This document shows positions 26,818 to 36,517 of a DNA stretch of 64,000 nucleotides, in pieces (position 1 is the first letter of the stretch; every line of letters starts with the position of its first letter). The DNA comes from an uncultured Nitrososphaerota archaeon. Lineage in GTDB: Archaea > Thermoproteota > Nitrososphaeria > Conexivisphaerales > DTJL01. A program made the translations under genes and the position numbers. Where the stretch lies: contig CAWJIE010000004.1 of NCBI GenBank assembly GCA_963842885.1, positions 1-64,000 of the forward strand. The letters run 5' to 3'. The notes beneath the pieces were generated by a model. It was not told the DNA's origin. It searched no databases and saw only the letters and a program-made list of their open reading frames with translations.

Positions 26818-29011
26818 CTACTCGTTGTCGATGAAGTCGCTCGGCGGCGGGATGTCCGGAGGAAGCCCCTTGCGCTTCCGTATGTCGGCGATGATGCCTC
26901 TGAGCAGCGAGGTCGGCACGGGCTGCCATGCCTTGAAGTACATGTTCCACATCGCCTTCCCGGCGGTGGCGCCCCTCATGACCTCGCTGAGGTCGAAGGT
27001 CTCGGACGACGGAATCTCTCCCTCCACGATGGCGAGTATCTCCTTCTGCTCGATGTTCATCAGCTTCCCCCTCTTCGCGGAAAGGACGCCGGCGACGGCG
27101 CCAATCTGGTCTATCGGGCACTTGACTTCTATCCCCTGGATGGGCTCCAGCATCGCCGGGTTCGCCAAGAGCATGGAGCCCAGGATCGCCCTCCTGCTGG
27201 CGGGCATGAGCTGGGCGTAGGTCCTGTGGGCGGGGTCCTCGTGAGGAACGAAGTGATGGAGTATCACCTTGACCCCCCTGCAGATACTCGTAGGCGAGCG
27301 GGCCGTTGTTCATGACGTCTACGAAGCCCGCCCTGATGGAGTCCATGGACTCCTGGAGGAACTGGATGCCCTTGGTCTCCTCTATGAGGATGTTTCCCTT
27401 CTCGTCGATGGCCTCGACGCTCCTGGCTTCGTCGCTGTCCCAGCCGGAGTCCTTCAGGATCTTGGTCACCACCTTCTCGTCGACGTTCTCGCTGATCTCT
27501 CCCGTCCTGATCTTGTTGACCACGTCGGCTTCGAGCGGCTCGACGCGCATGAAGATCTTGTTGTGCCTGTTGGGGCTCTTGGACATGACGGGGCCTGCCC
27601 TACCCTGGATGGTCTCCCTGTAGTTGATGAGCGGCTGGCTGGTGATGATGTCCAACCCTTCGCGCTGAAGCAACGTCGTAGCGATTTCGAGGTGCAGCAC
27701 GCCCATGCCCGCCATGAGGGTCTCCCCGGACTCCTCGTTTATCCTGATTATGAGGTTGGGATCTTCGATGTGCATGCGCTGAAGGGCCTCCACGAGCTTC
27801 GGGAGGTCGCGCGGGTTCTTGGCCTCAACCGCCACGGTGACCACAGGCTCGGATACGTACTTGATCCCCTCGAACTGGGCTATCCCCTTGACGCTGCTGA
27901 GCGTCTCGCCGGATCGGGCGTATTCCAGCCCGAGGAGCGCAGGGATGTTGCCAGCCGGGAGAAACCCAACCATCTCTCTGAGGAATCCCATGTACATGTT
28001 GACGCTCTGGACGCGGCCCTCCCGTTTGACGTTGATGAGGTTGACCGTGTCGCCGTCATGGACGGTCCCACTGAAGAGCCTCCCGGTGGCCACCAGGCCC
28101 GCCTGAGGGTCCACCACCACGTTGGTGACCATCATGACTATGGGCCCGTTGTCGTCGCATTTGAGGAGCGCCTTGCCCACTTCGCTCTCCAGGTCCCCCT
28201 TCCAAATCTTGGGGATGCGGTAGGCCTGGGCCACGTCAGGCGGAGGGTGATGGCGGACCACCATGCCCAGGACCGCCTCATGGAGGGCCACCCTCTCTCC
28301 GAGAGTCTTGGGGTCGCCTGTCGTGTAGGCGTCGTAAACGTCCTTGAACCCGAAGCCCGCCCTCTTGGCCATGTCGAGGGTGAATCCCCATTTGTCCTTG
28401 GCGCTGCCGAAGGCGACGCTGTTGTCCTGTATGGAGACCTTCCACTTGTCCCTGTACTCCGGCTCGGCGTAGACCGTGACCAGGTTGTTGAACTCCGCGA
28501 TGATGTTGGCCAGCCACACCTGCATCTTGTCGGGCGTGAGCCGGAGCTCCTTCACGAGGCGGTCGATCTTGTTGATGTAGAGGACGGGACGCACCCTCTC
28601 CTCCAGGGCCTGGCGGGTGACCGTCTCCGTCTGGGTCATCACCCCTTCGACGGAGTCCACCACCACGACGGCGCCGTCGATGGCCCTGAGGCTCCTCGTC
28701 ACCTTCCCGGTGAAATCGATGTGGCCGGGGGTGTCGATCATGTTGAAGACGTAGGGCGTCCCCTTCTCTTCGTGGTACAGCGTAACGTTAGCTGCCTTGA
28801 TGGTCATCTGCCTCTGCTGCTCGAGCTCCATGTAGTCGAGTGCCAGGGCCTGGCCTGCCACGCTGGCGCTGAGCATTCCACAGGCCGCGAGTAGGCTATC
28901 AGACATCGTCGTCTTCCCATGGTCAACGTGCGCAATCACCCCAAAGTTCCTGATCTGAGCCTTGTTCGAGATGATCTTCAGTGCTTCGGTCGTAGTCTTA
29001 AAACGCGGCAT
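26818..29011 (-). CDS. fusA: Archaeal translation elongation factor 2, one frameshift ~27280
   Basis: AHVDHGKTT, DTPGHIDF, NKIDR, GMGVLHLE, KSPNRHN, diphthamide loop HEDPAHR. Confidence 0.95.
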
Positions 29012-29133
29012 GAATCTGCACCCAATCCTCCAAACTATGCGTTTGTGAATTAGGGCTTAGGAGACGCTCATTTAAGTTTTGAGTTTGGCGACGGTTGGGC
29101 TTCCCCTCAGGCCGCGCACGAACGGGTGGAGGG

Positions 29134-29694
29134 CTAGATGTAAGGCACGGCGCTGATGGCGAGGGCGAACTTTGAGCCCTTCCTGTCGGCGTTCTGGGTC
29201 ACGATCTTCCTCAGCTTCTCCTCGGCCTCGGACAGGACCTCGTTCACCTTCGGCAAGAGAGCGGGGTCTGCGGGCAGGACGAAGAGGGAGGTCCCGACCG
29301 GATAGTACGGCTTCGTGCCTCCTTCCATGGCCTTCTCCCAGATCGAGCCCCCACGAGCTATTATGCTCATCATGAAGCCGACGTCGGCATAGCCCACCTG
29401 GACCCTTTCCTCTCGCGTCACCTCGCCGATGCCTTCGTAGGCGCATTCGCACCCCTTGGACTTGTAGGCGCTGGTGTAGAACTTCTCGATCAGGTTCCCC
29501 CTGGTTTCGGTCCTGGAGAGGGAGACGAGGCCACCTTCCAGGAGCTGCCTCATGTGATGCAGCACCGTCGGTTGCGAGATCCTGAGCTCTTCCGAAAGCT
29601 CCTTCATCGACATCTCTGAAACGCTGAGGAGGTTCAAGATGTGGAGCCTGACGGGATCCATGTACAGGTTCGTGTTCACGTTCTTCTTTGACAT
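29134..29694 (-). CDS. ArsR-family winged-helix regulator with C-terminal extension
   Basis: DPVRLHILNLL...SMKELSEEL.ISQPTVLHHM..L..GGLV...EKFY. Confidence 0.8.
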   Translation of the reverse strand: MSKKNVNTNLYMDPVRLHILNLLSVSEMSMKELSEELRISQPTVLHHMRQLLEGGLVSLSRTETRGNLIEKFYTSAYKSKGCECAYEGIGEVTREERVQVGYADVGFMMSIIARGGSIWEKAMEGGTKPYYPVGTSLFVLPADPALLPKVNEVLSEAEEKLRKIVTQNADRKGSKFALAISAVPYI

Positions 29695-29769
29695 GGGACG
29701 ATTGCTCGAGAAAATGTGGCGCTTACTTAAGTGTTTTGAAGACGTCGATGCGCTATATGCAGAACTGTC

Positions 29770-29798
29770 CGTTTAGAGTCTATCTAAACGCTTATATA
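29770..29798 (+). promoter_or_regulatory. Perfect palindromic operator abutting a TATA box
   Basis: CGTTTAGA-N5-TCTAAACG (29770-29790), followed by TTATATA (29792-29798). Confidence 0.65.
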
Positions 29799-29829
29799 GC
29801 CTATTGGCCAGGGCACAGATTGACAGAAA

Positions 29830-29910
29830 ATGCAGGATTCGCCACTTTCCAAGGCCCTTGAGCACCTGGACGTCAACGTGCTAAGGATGTACTCCGTCCG
29901 AATAATCTAG
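29830..29910 (+). CDS. Putative 26-aa micro-protein MQDSPLSKALEHLDVNVLRMYSVRII
   Basis: ATG ~32 nt after the TATA box, TAG at 29908-29910, TTTTT at 29916-29920; below the ORF-track length cut-off. Confidence 0.45.
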   Translation: MQDSPLSKALEHLDVNVLRMYSVRII

Positions 29911-30032
29911 ACGGCTTTTTCTCAACCAGCTCCCCGCCCAGCATAAGGCATTCGCTGCGGCCGGCGGCCAAAGCCCCGATGCTCGAGGGCAACGGCATAA
30001 ACGTCTTAAGCGACTGAGAAGCTGGTAGGGGT

Positions 30033-30230
30033 ATGGCGAGCAAAGACAGGGTCTCCGCCCCGGAGAAGATGCCCTTTTTTAACGAAATTGTCTGGTGTCC
30101 GAGGTGCCAGAAGGAGACCAAGCACAAGTTGGCCGCCGCCGGCTACAATTCGCCGTCGCCTTACTTCGGCGGCTATTTCTCCATGCCTGCCGTGATTCAG
30201 TGCGAAGAGTGCAAGCTGAGGCACACCTAG
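30033..30230 (+). CDS. Small zinc-ribbon protein
   Basis: 65 aa with CPRC...CEEC; TATA-like CTTAAG ~25 nt upstream. Confidence 0.7.
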   Translation: MASKDRVSAPEKMPFFNEIVWCPRCQKETKHKLAAAGYNSPSPYFGGYFSMPAVIQCEECKLRHT

Positions 30231-30235
30231 ACCGA

Positions 30236-31922
30236 CTAACCCGAATAATAGTGGACCAGCTTCCTCGCGATGTCGATGACGGCTATGACGCCAATTAGGT
30301 TTCCGTCGACGCCCACGACGAAGATGTGGTCGACCTCCTTCTCGAAGATCTTGGCGACGATCCCCGGCAGCGGGTCCTCCGGTGAGACCGTGACTGGGAT
30401 GGACATGTACATCTCCGTGATGGGATGCTTGAGCATGCTCTTTGGGGCCGACAGGATGTCCTCGAGGTTGACGTAGCCTATCAGAGGCCCGGAGGGGTGC
30501 ACGATGGGGAGGACCCTGTAGGGCACGGTGACGAACTTCCCGAGCGCCTCCTCTATGGTCGCATCGTCATCGAGGACGACGGGCCGAGACGTCATGACGT
30601 CCTTCGCCTTTAATCCGCTCACCAAATTCGGGGCAGCCTTGGAGACCCTGCTGTAGATGCGCTCAAGTGCCAAGTCCTCCTCCTTTATCCTGCCGAAGGG
30701 CTGCAGGGGGAAGAATGACGAGCTTCCCGACGCGAAGTAGCTCATGATGGAGGCCACCAAGACGGGTATGATGACCGTTGGGCCTATCGTCTCGGCTACG
30801 AACGCGACAGGGGTCAGGAGTATCTTGTGGGTGCCTGCCAGGACCGCCGCGATCCCAACCGCAATGAAAAGCGGCTCCACCCTCCCGAGGGCCAGCTGAG
30901 AGAACAGGGCCCCCAAGATGGAGCCTTCGACGATGCTGGGTATGAAGAGACCGCCGCTGCCTCCGAACGCCAACGTAATCACGGTCGAGAACATCCTGAG
31001 CAAGAGCAGGATGACGAGGGCCAAGGCGGTGTACGCCAGGGTGCCCTGCGCCAGCCCCGTGACTACGTTGTATCCGACGCCGATCGCATTGAGGTTGATG
31101 TATCCGATGGCCCCCAGGGCCAGCCCGCCGGAGAGCAGGAGGAGCACCGAACCCGCCGCCCGCAAGAAACCTCTTGCCCACCCTGTCGGCCAGGCTGAAG
31201 GCCTTCACGAAGACGAAGGAGTAGACCCCCCCGATCACGCCGAGGACGATGGAAAGGAAGAGCACATGGAGATCGTAGCTGCCGGAGATTGAACCTATGC
31301 GGAAGATGGTTGCGGGTCCCAGGATGGACACGGTGACAAGGAAGGCGGTGACGGAGGCGATGGAGGCCTCGATGAACACGTCCTTCTCCAGGTCCCTCTT
31401 GTATGGAATCTCCAGTGCGAACAGGATCCCGGTCAGCGGCGCCTTGAATATCGCCGACAGGCCGGCGGCAGACCCAGCCAGGAAGACCTTTCGCAATCGC
31501 TGGAAGGGGAGGTGGTTCAGCCTGCCGATGACAGATGCCAGGCCTCCACCGAGGACGAGGCTGGGACCTTCAAGCCCTGCCGCTCCGCCCATCCCTATGG
31601 TCAGAATCGAGGCAGCGGGTTTCACTATCGCGTCTCTCCCCGACATCTCTCCGTTGCGCAGGTGGATCGTCTCGAGGACCGCGTGGGTGCCGCTCCCCGT
31701 CGTCTTCGTCTTGGCGAAGGCGTAGACCAGGACGAAAGCCGCGGCGAGGCCGAGGGTGGTGAAGACGAAGACGAGCCGATGTGTGTCCTGGATTACCGGC
31801 AGGACGAGACCCCAGAGGTAGGTGAACGCGGCGGAGTAGAAGGAGATGGCGACCCCGACGACCCCCCCGATGATCACTACGAGGAGGTAGTATTCGACAT
31901 CGGCTATCTGGGGGAACTTCAA
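30236..31922 (-). CDS. ClC-family chloride channel/transporter with C-terminal CBS pair, frameshifted ~31150; start uncertain
   Basis: GSGT, GLEGP, AGLSAIFKAPLTGILFALE, GGSGGLFIP; two CBS domains (DVMT..P, GVIAVIDI). Confidence 0.88.
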
Positions 31923-32020
31923 GATGACCTTCTGGACCCGACGATTGCAGCCTGCTGCGCGCAACTATTAAATCTTGAACGTCTAAGAGGCCTGATGGCA
32001 GGGTCCGGGGTGTTGGGCAA

Positions 32021-33307
32021 GTGTTGAAGGTCGACGCCAAGAGTTCCAAGAGAGGGATCTTCCTCCCCATGGTCCCCTTCAACGCGGCGGTCTCGGCCAT
32101 ATCGACGCTTGTCCCCCTTTCGATACTGGCGCTGGGGGGGTCGGTGATCGACGTCGGATTCGCGCTCGTCGCCTACAGCCTGGCGCTCGTGCCGGCGCCC
32201 CTGAGTCTGGGGCTACGTGTGCGACGTGACGGGCTCAAGGAGGAAGGTGATGGTCCTCGCCGCGGTCTATCCTCCTCGCGTCCACGGTGACGATGTACCT
32301 CTCCGACTCCATCATCACCATCGTCTTGGCCTTCGCCGCCATAGCCCACGCCACTGGGATGGTCAGCCCCGCGTCGAACCTGCTGGTCATCGAGAGCCTG
32401 CCAAAGGCGGAATGGGACAGGGGATATGTCACCTTGTCCTGGTATTCGACGGTGGGGACGGTGCTCGGCCTGGCCGCCGGCATGGTCGTGGGAGCTCTTC
32501 TTCCCCCTGACCACCTTCCTGCTCGCCTGCGCCGTCTTCGCAGCCGCTTCCTTGGCGGCGTCGGTCATCATGATCAGGGATCCACCGATGACGATAGAAA
32601 GGAGGACCATCCTCGTCAACCCGCAGGCCTTCGTGGCCAGGCTGACGCAGCTCCCTCTTCTATTCGAGCGGCTCCCACGGCCCTCCGACTTCACCTCGGT
32701 CATCAGGCTGGCCAGGGAGGAGCTCACGAGGGACATCCCAGTCATCATCCTTTCCTCAACGCTCTTCTCCTTGTCGTTGAACGTCTTCTACACCAGCTAC
32801 ACGCCCTACCTGAAGGCGAACGAGCTCACGAACTGGGAGGTCTACCTGACGTCACTCTACGTGAACGGCATGAACGGCGTCGCCTCGAGGTTCGTCCTGG
32901 GCAGGTTGAAGGGCTCGGTGACTCCGGTCATAGCCAGCGGTGCGCTGGCCGTACGGGCCATAGGGATGCTGCTGGCCGCCGTTCTGGCCATATTCGTCGT
33001 GGGGAAGGCCACCCTCTACTCGACGCTGCTGACCTACACCCTCCTGGGCCTGGCCTACACCATCATAACCGTGAACCTGAACTCTCTCTTCTACAAGGCG
33101 CTTCCCGCGGGACGCCAGGGCGGCCTCCTCGGCGTCTACAGCGCGTCCAACGGTGCAGCCCTCTTCCTGGGCTCTCTCGCCTCTGGGTACATGTCATATT
33201 ACCTGGGCTATCCCATCACCTTCTTCGTGGGCGGAATCCTGGTCTTCCTCTCGGCGGCGGTCCTGCAGGCCCACTTCGGAGGGGGCCCGCCGCCTTCCGA
33301 GGAATGA
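32021..33307 (+). CDS. MFS transporter, frameshifted
   Basis: Multiple TM helices; motif-A-like G..CD.TGSRR; C-terminal GGLLGVYSA..G.A.FLGSLASG. Confidence 0.78.
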
Positions 33308-33308
33308 G

Positions 33309-33490
33309 CTATGGCGTGGGGTTGCCCCTTCCCGATGTAGTCGAGGGCCTTCTCGTCGTTGATGCTTGCGAACTCCCCGACGTAGTCTTCGAACTTCAGC
33401 GTCGTTCCGCAGCGCGGAGCATGCGAAGACCTGGGCGGCAGGGTCGAAGCTACCCTTCTCGCCGCAGCGCGGGCACTTCGCATCCATCAC
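33309..33490 (-). CDS. Small zinc-ribbon protein, frameshifted; 3' end approximate
   Basis: MMDAKCPRCG...FAC..CGTTLKFEDY. Confidence 0.55.
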
Positions 33491-33535
33491 TCCATGCGAT
33501 GATGGCCTGCCTCAAATGCCTTCCCTGACAATCTG

Positions 33536-34396
33536 TCAAATCTCCCGCAGGTAGACGATGGAGGACCTGAATGCGGGCCGGAAGCCGTAGGCCTTGAGGC
33601 CTTCAACCGTGCCAGCGTGGTTCGGGCAGGACACATGAAGCCTTCGAGCGCCAGCCTTGGCCGCCGCCGACATGACGAAGGCAGCGAGGTCCGTGACCTC
33701 CGGCGTGTCGCCCATGACGAAGCAGGCCTTGGCCATCCTCCGCTCCTTCTTCCCGTCATGGACGATGGCCAGAGCCATGGTCGAGCCCCTACCCGACACC
33801 GCCACCATCCTCCTCTCCACCAGGTCGGTGAAGTCGTCGGCCTCCAGCGGGTACAAGGCCCAGTCGTATTCGTAGGAGCGGCCTCCCCTGTTGAACAGAT
33901 CGGAGGAGTCCGTCTGACTCCATATTCGAGAGGCGGTGGACGACGTGACCCAGCGGGAGGACTTCGAGTCGACCGGTGCCGGCTTCTTCCCATGGTAGAA
34001 TGCCCACCTCGTCTCTTCAGCGAACCCCTGGCTCACGGCCAGAGCCTTCGAGGCTTCGTTGTTCGATTCAATCAGCAGGCGGAGGGTCCGATGTCCCGAC
34101 TCCCGGAGGAACTCCATCGCCCTCTCCGTCATGGCGCGCCCGACTCCCATGCGGCGGTGGCTGGGGCGGACGCGCAGTCCCTCCAACCAAGCCCTGCCGT
34201 GGTTCATCAGGCGCGCATGGAGGATGCCGACCGGCCTTCCTTCGGCCTCCGCGACCAAGAGGAGCGAGTCAGGTCCTTTCAGCCAGACGTCGAAGACTTC
34301 GTCTATGTAGTCCCCCCAGTCGAACGTCCCTACGCAGAATGAGAGGACCTCATCGCGGTCATCCTCCCGGGCCTTGCGAACGACGATGCCTTCCAA
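33536..34396 (-). CDS. GNAT-family N-acetyltransferase (tandem-domain size)
   Basis: WLEGLRVRPSHRRMGVG acetyl-CoA motif, NEAS..L....GF. Confidence 0.85.
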   Translation of the reverse strand: MEGIVVRKAREDDRDEVLSFCVGTFDWGDYIDEVFDVWLKGPDSLLLVAEAEGRPVGILHARLMNHGRAWLEGLRVRPSHRRMGVGRAMTERAMEFLRESGHRTLRLLIESNNEASKALAVSQGFAEETRWAFYHGKKPAPVDSKSSRWVTSSTASRIWSQTDSSDLFNRGGRSYEYDWALYPLEADDFTDLVERRMVAVSGRGSTMALAIVHDGKKERRMAKACFVMGDTPEVTDLAAFVMSAAAKAGARRLHVSCPNHAGTVEGLKAYGFRPAFRSSIVYLREI

Positions 34397-34449
34397 AGTC
34401 TAGCCTTCTTCTCCCTGTCCGTTGGCGTATAAGCCTAGCGCATCGGGTC

Positions 34450-34887
34450 CTAGGGGACTTCGGCCCTGCAGTCCTGGCAATACCCATAGACCATGTACTG
34501 CTGGTCGACGATGTGGAAGCGATGCTTCCCGGCCTTCTCCTTCGCGACACCGGCCATAACCTCGTCATCGACGTCGATGACCTTGCTGCAGTTCAAGCAG
34601 ATCAGGTTGATGTGCTGTGAAGCGTTGGAATCATAACGCACCACCTCTCTGGTGTTGACGGCCTGCACCACCCCCGCCCGGACAAGGGTGTCCAAAGTGG
34701 AGTAGACGGTCGCCAGGCTGATCGTTGGGTATTCGGGCCTGATCTTCAGATAGACCTCCTCTGCCGTCGGATGGGCGTCTGTGTCTAGGACGCATTTGGC
34801 GATGGCCATCCTCTGAGGGGTCAGCCTGAGGCCCAGCTTTCGTAGCCTTGCGTAGGCTTCGTCGACCCTTCCATCAGCCATCTCCAT
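34450..34887 (-). CDS. Fur/PerR-family metalloregulator
   Basis: LRLTPQR, HPTAEEVY, ISLATVY, HINLICLNC, GYCQDC. Confidence 0.9.
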   Translation of the reverse strand: MEMADGRVDEAYARLRKLGLRLTPQRMAIAKCVLDTDAHPTAEEVYLKIRPEYPTISLATVYSTLDTLVRAGVVQAVNTREVVRYDSNASQHINLICLNCSKVIDVDDEVMAGVAKEKAGKHRFHIVDQQYMVYGYCQDCRAEVP

Positions 34888-34984
34888 GCCCGAACGAACT
34901 ATGCGGGCGCAGCCTCCATAATATACTTGCCTTGGATTCTCATGTAATATTCATTATAAACTGGCAGGACCGTTCAAGCTGTCC

Positions 34985-35175
34985 AAGATGTAGAACGGCG
35001 GTCCCGGCGCCATTCTAGGGGGTAGAGCTATCCGCGCCTCCAGACCAGTGCAATGCAAGGCCGTTCGGAGTCGACGGAGGGCATCGGCATGCTCCCCGTC
35101 GGACGGACGGGCCTCAGATACGAAGTAGCCAATAGAAGCCTCGGCGGTGGCCGCCTCGAGCGGCTCCGCCGCATC
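34985..35175. ncRNA. Candidate structured non-coding RNA (three hairpins); strand unresolved
   Basis: Hairpins at ~34991-35017, ~35059-35113 and ~35142-35171; no credible ORF; TTATAAA at 34954-34960. Confidence 0.3.
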
Positions 35176-35206
35176 TTTTTAAATGCAGCAGCTGGAAGAA
35201 TGCAAG

Positions 35207-36517
35207 ATGCAGTCTCCCAAGGAGAGATTCAGGTTCGCCCATCTGTCCGACGTCCATGTCGGGGCATGGAGAGAGGCCAGGCTCGCGAAGGTCAGCATGG
35301 CGGCCTTCGAATGGATGCTCGAACGCTGCCTGAAGGAGGAGGTCGACTTCATCGTGATCTCCGGCGACCTCTTCGACAGCAACATACCCGATCTGCAGGC
35401 CGTCAGGGAGGCGGCGGAGGCCATGAGGAGGGTGAAGGACCGCGGTGTGAGGATCTACGTCACCTACGGCTCTCACGACTACAGCGTCAGCGCCACCTCC
35501 ATCATAGACGTCCTGGACGGGGCAGGGCTCTTCACCAAGGTGGTGAAGCTGGAGTCGTCGCCGGAGGAGGGAGACAGGATACGGCTGGGTTTCGTGACCG
35601 ACGAGCCCACCGGCGCCAAGCTCGCCGGGCTGTACGGTCGCAAGAACGGGCTCGAGTCGGAGTACTACGCCCTCCTGGATCGCTCGCCTCTCGAGCGCGA
35701 GAAGGGCTTCAAGGTGTTCGTGTTCCACAGCGCCATCGACGAGCTTCGTCCTCCGGGCTACACATACGGCCAGAGCATCCCCCTGTCCCTCTTCCCGAAG
35801 GGATTCGACTACTATGCTGGCGGCCATGTGCACTCCACCATCCTGAAGGAGGTGCCGAGGTACGGATATATCGCATTCCCGGGCCCCCTCTTCGGCCACG
35901 GGTTCGGAGACCTGGAGGAGATCGCAAAGGGCACGAAGAGGGGGTTCTTCTTGGTGGACTTCAAGGAGAAGGTGGAGAAGGTCTCCTTCGTCCAGGTCCC
36001 GCTCCCCGAGGTCGTCTTCGAAAGCATCGACGCCGACGGGAAGTCGGCCACTTACGTGACCAAGGGCCTGGAGAAGCTGGCAGGGGGGATGGAGTGCGAG
36101 GACAAGATCGTGCTGCTGAAGGTCAGCGGGAGGCTCTCGTCGGGCAGGACGTCGGAGGTTCCGTTCGACGAAATCAGGAAGGAGATCGAGAGGAAGGGAG
36201 CGATCATGGTGAGGATTAACCGGGCCGGCCTGACCAGTGCCGAGATGTCTCCAGGCCGACTTAGCGGGAAGACGAAGGAGGAGATAGAGGAGAGCATGTT
36301 GAAGGAGGCCCTCTCTTCATACTCCGTCGACCCTGCCATCGACCCGGGCGTGCGGGCCCGCATCGCCGAGAGGCTCGCTGGCGGCGCCGGGTTGCGCACG
36401 GCGAAGAAGCTCCTGAGCTCGCTGGAACAGGAAGCCAGAGACAACGAAAGGAAGGAGGACTTCCGAGGCAGGATGATCAAGGAGGCCAAGGAGGCCCTGG
36501 GGATGGAGGCGGACTGA
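35207..36517 (+). CDS. mre11: DNA double-strand break repair nuclease Mre11
   Basis: DVHVG, GDLFD, GSHD, FH, GHVH phosphoesterase motifs; abuts rad50. Confidence 0.88.
   Translation: MQSPKERFRFAHLSDVHVGAWREARLAKVSMAAFEWMLERCLKEEVDFIVISGDLFDSNIPDLQAVREAAEAMRRVKDRGVRIYVTYGSHDYSVSATSIIDVLDGAGLFTKVVKLESSPEEGDRIRLGFVTDEPTGAKLAGLYGRKNGLESEYYALLDRSPLEREKGFKVFVFHSAIDELRPPGYTYGQSIPLSLFPKGFDYYAGGHVHSTILKEVPRYGYIAFPGPLFGHGFGDLEEIAKGTKRGFFLVDFKEKVEKVSFVQVPLPEVVFESIDADGKSATYVTKGLEKLAGGMECEDKIVLLKVSGRLSSGRTSEVPFDEIRKEIERKGAIMVRINRAGLTSAEMSPGRLSGKTKEEIEESMLKEALSSYSVDPAIDPGVRARIAERLAGGAGLRTAKKLLSSLEQEARDNERKEDFRGRMIKEAKEALGMEAD

Noticed and set aside
27269-28894. Long antisense ORFs (also 24662-25717, 49395-50396, 59952-60953, 8599-9642)
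   Set aside because: Shadow frames of well-supported genes in GC-rich DNA, with no recognisable motifs.
26818-29011. Diphthamide-less EF-2 paralogue
   Set aside because: The HEDPAHR loop is intact, so this is canonical aEF-2.
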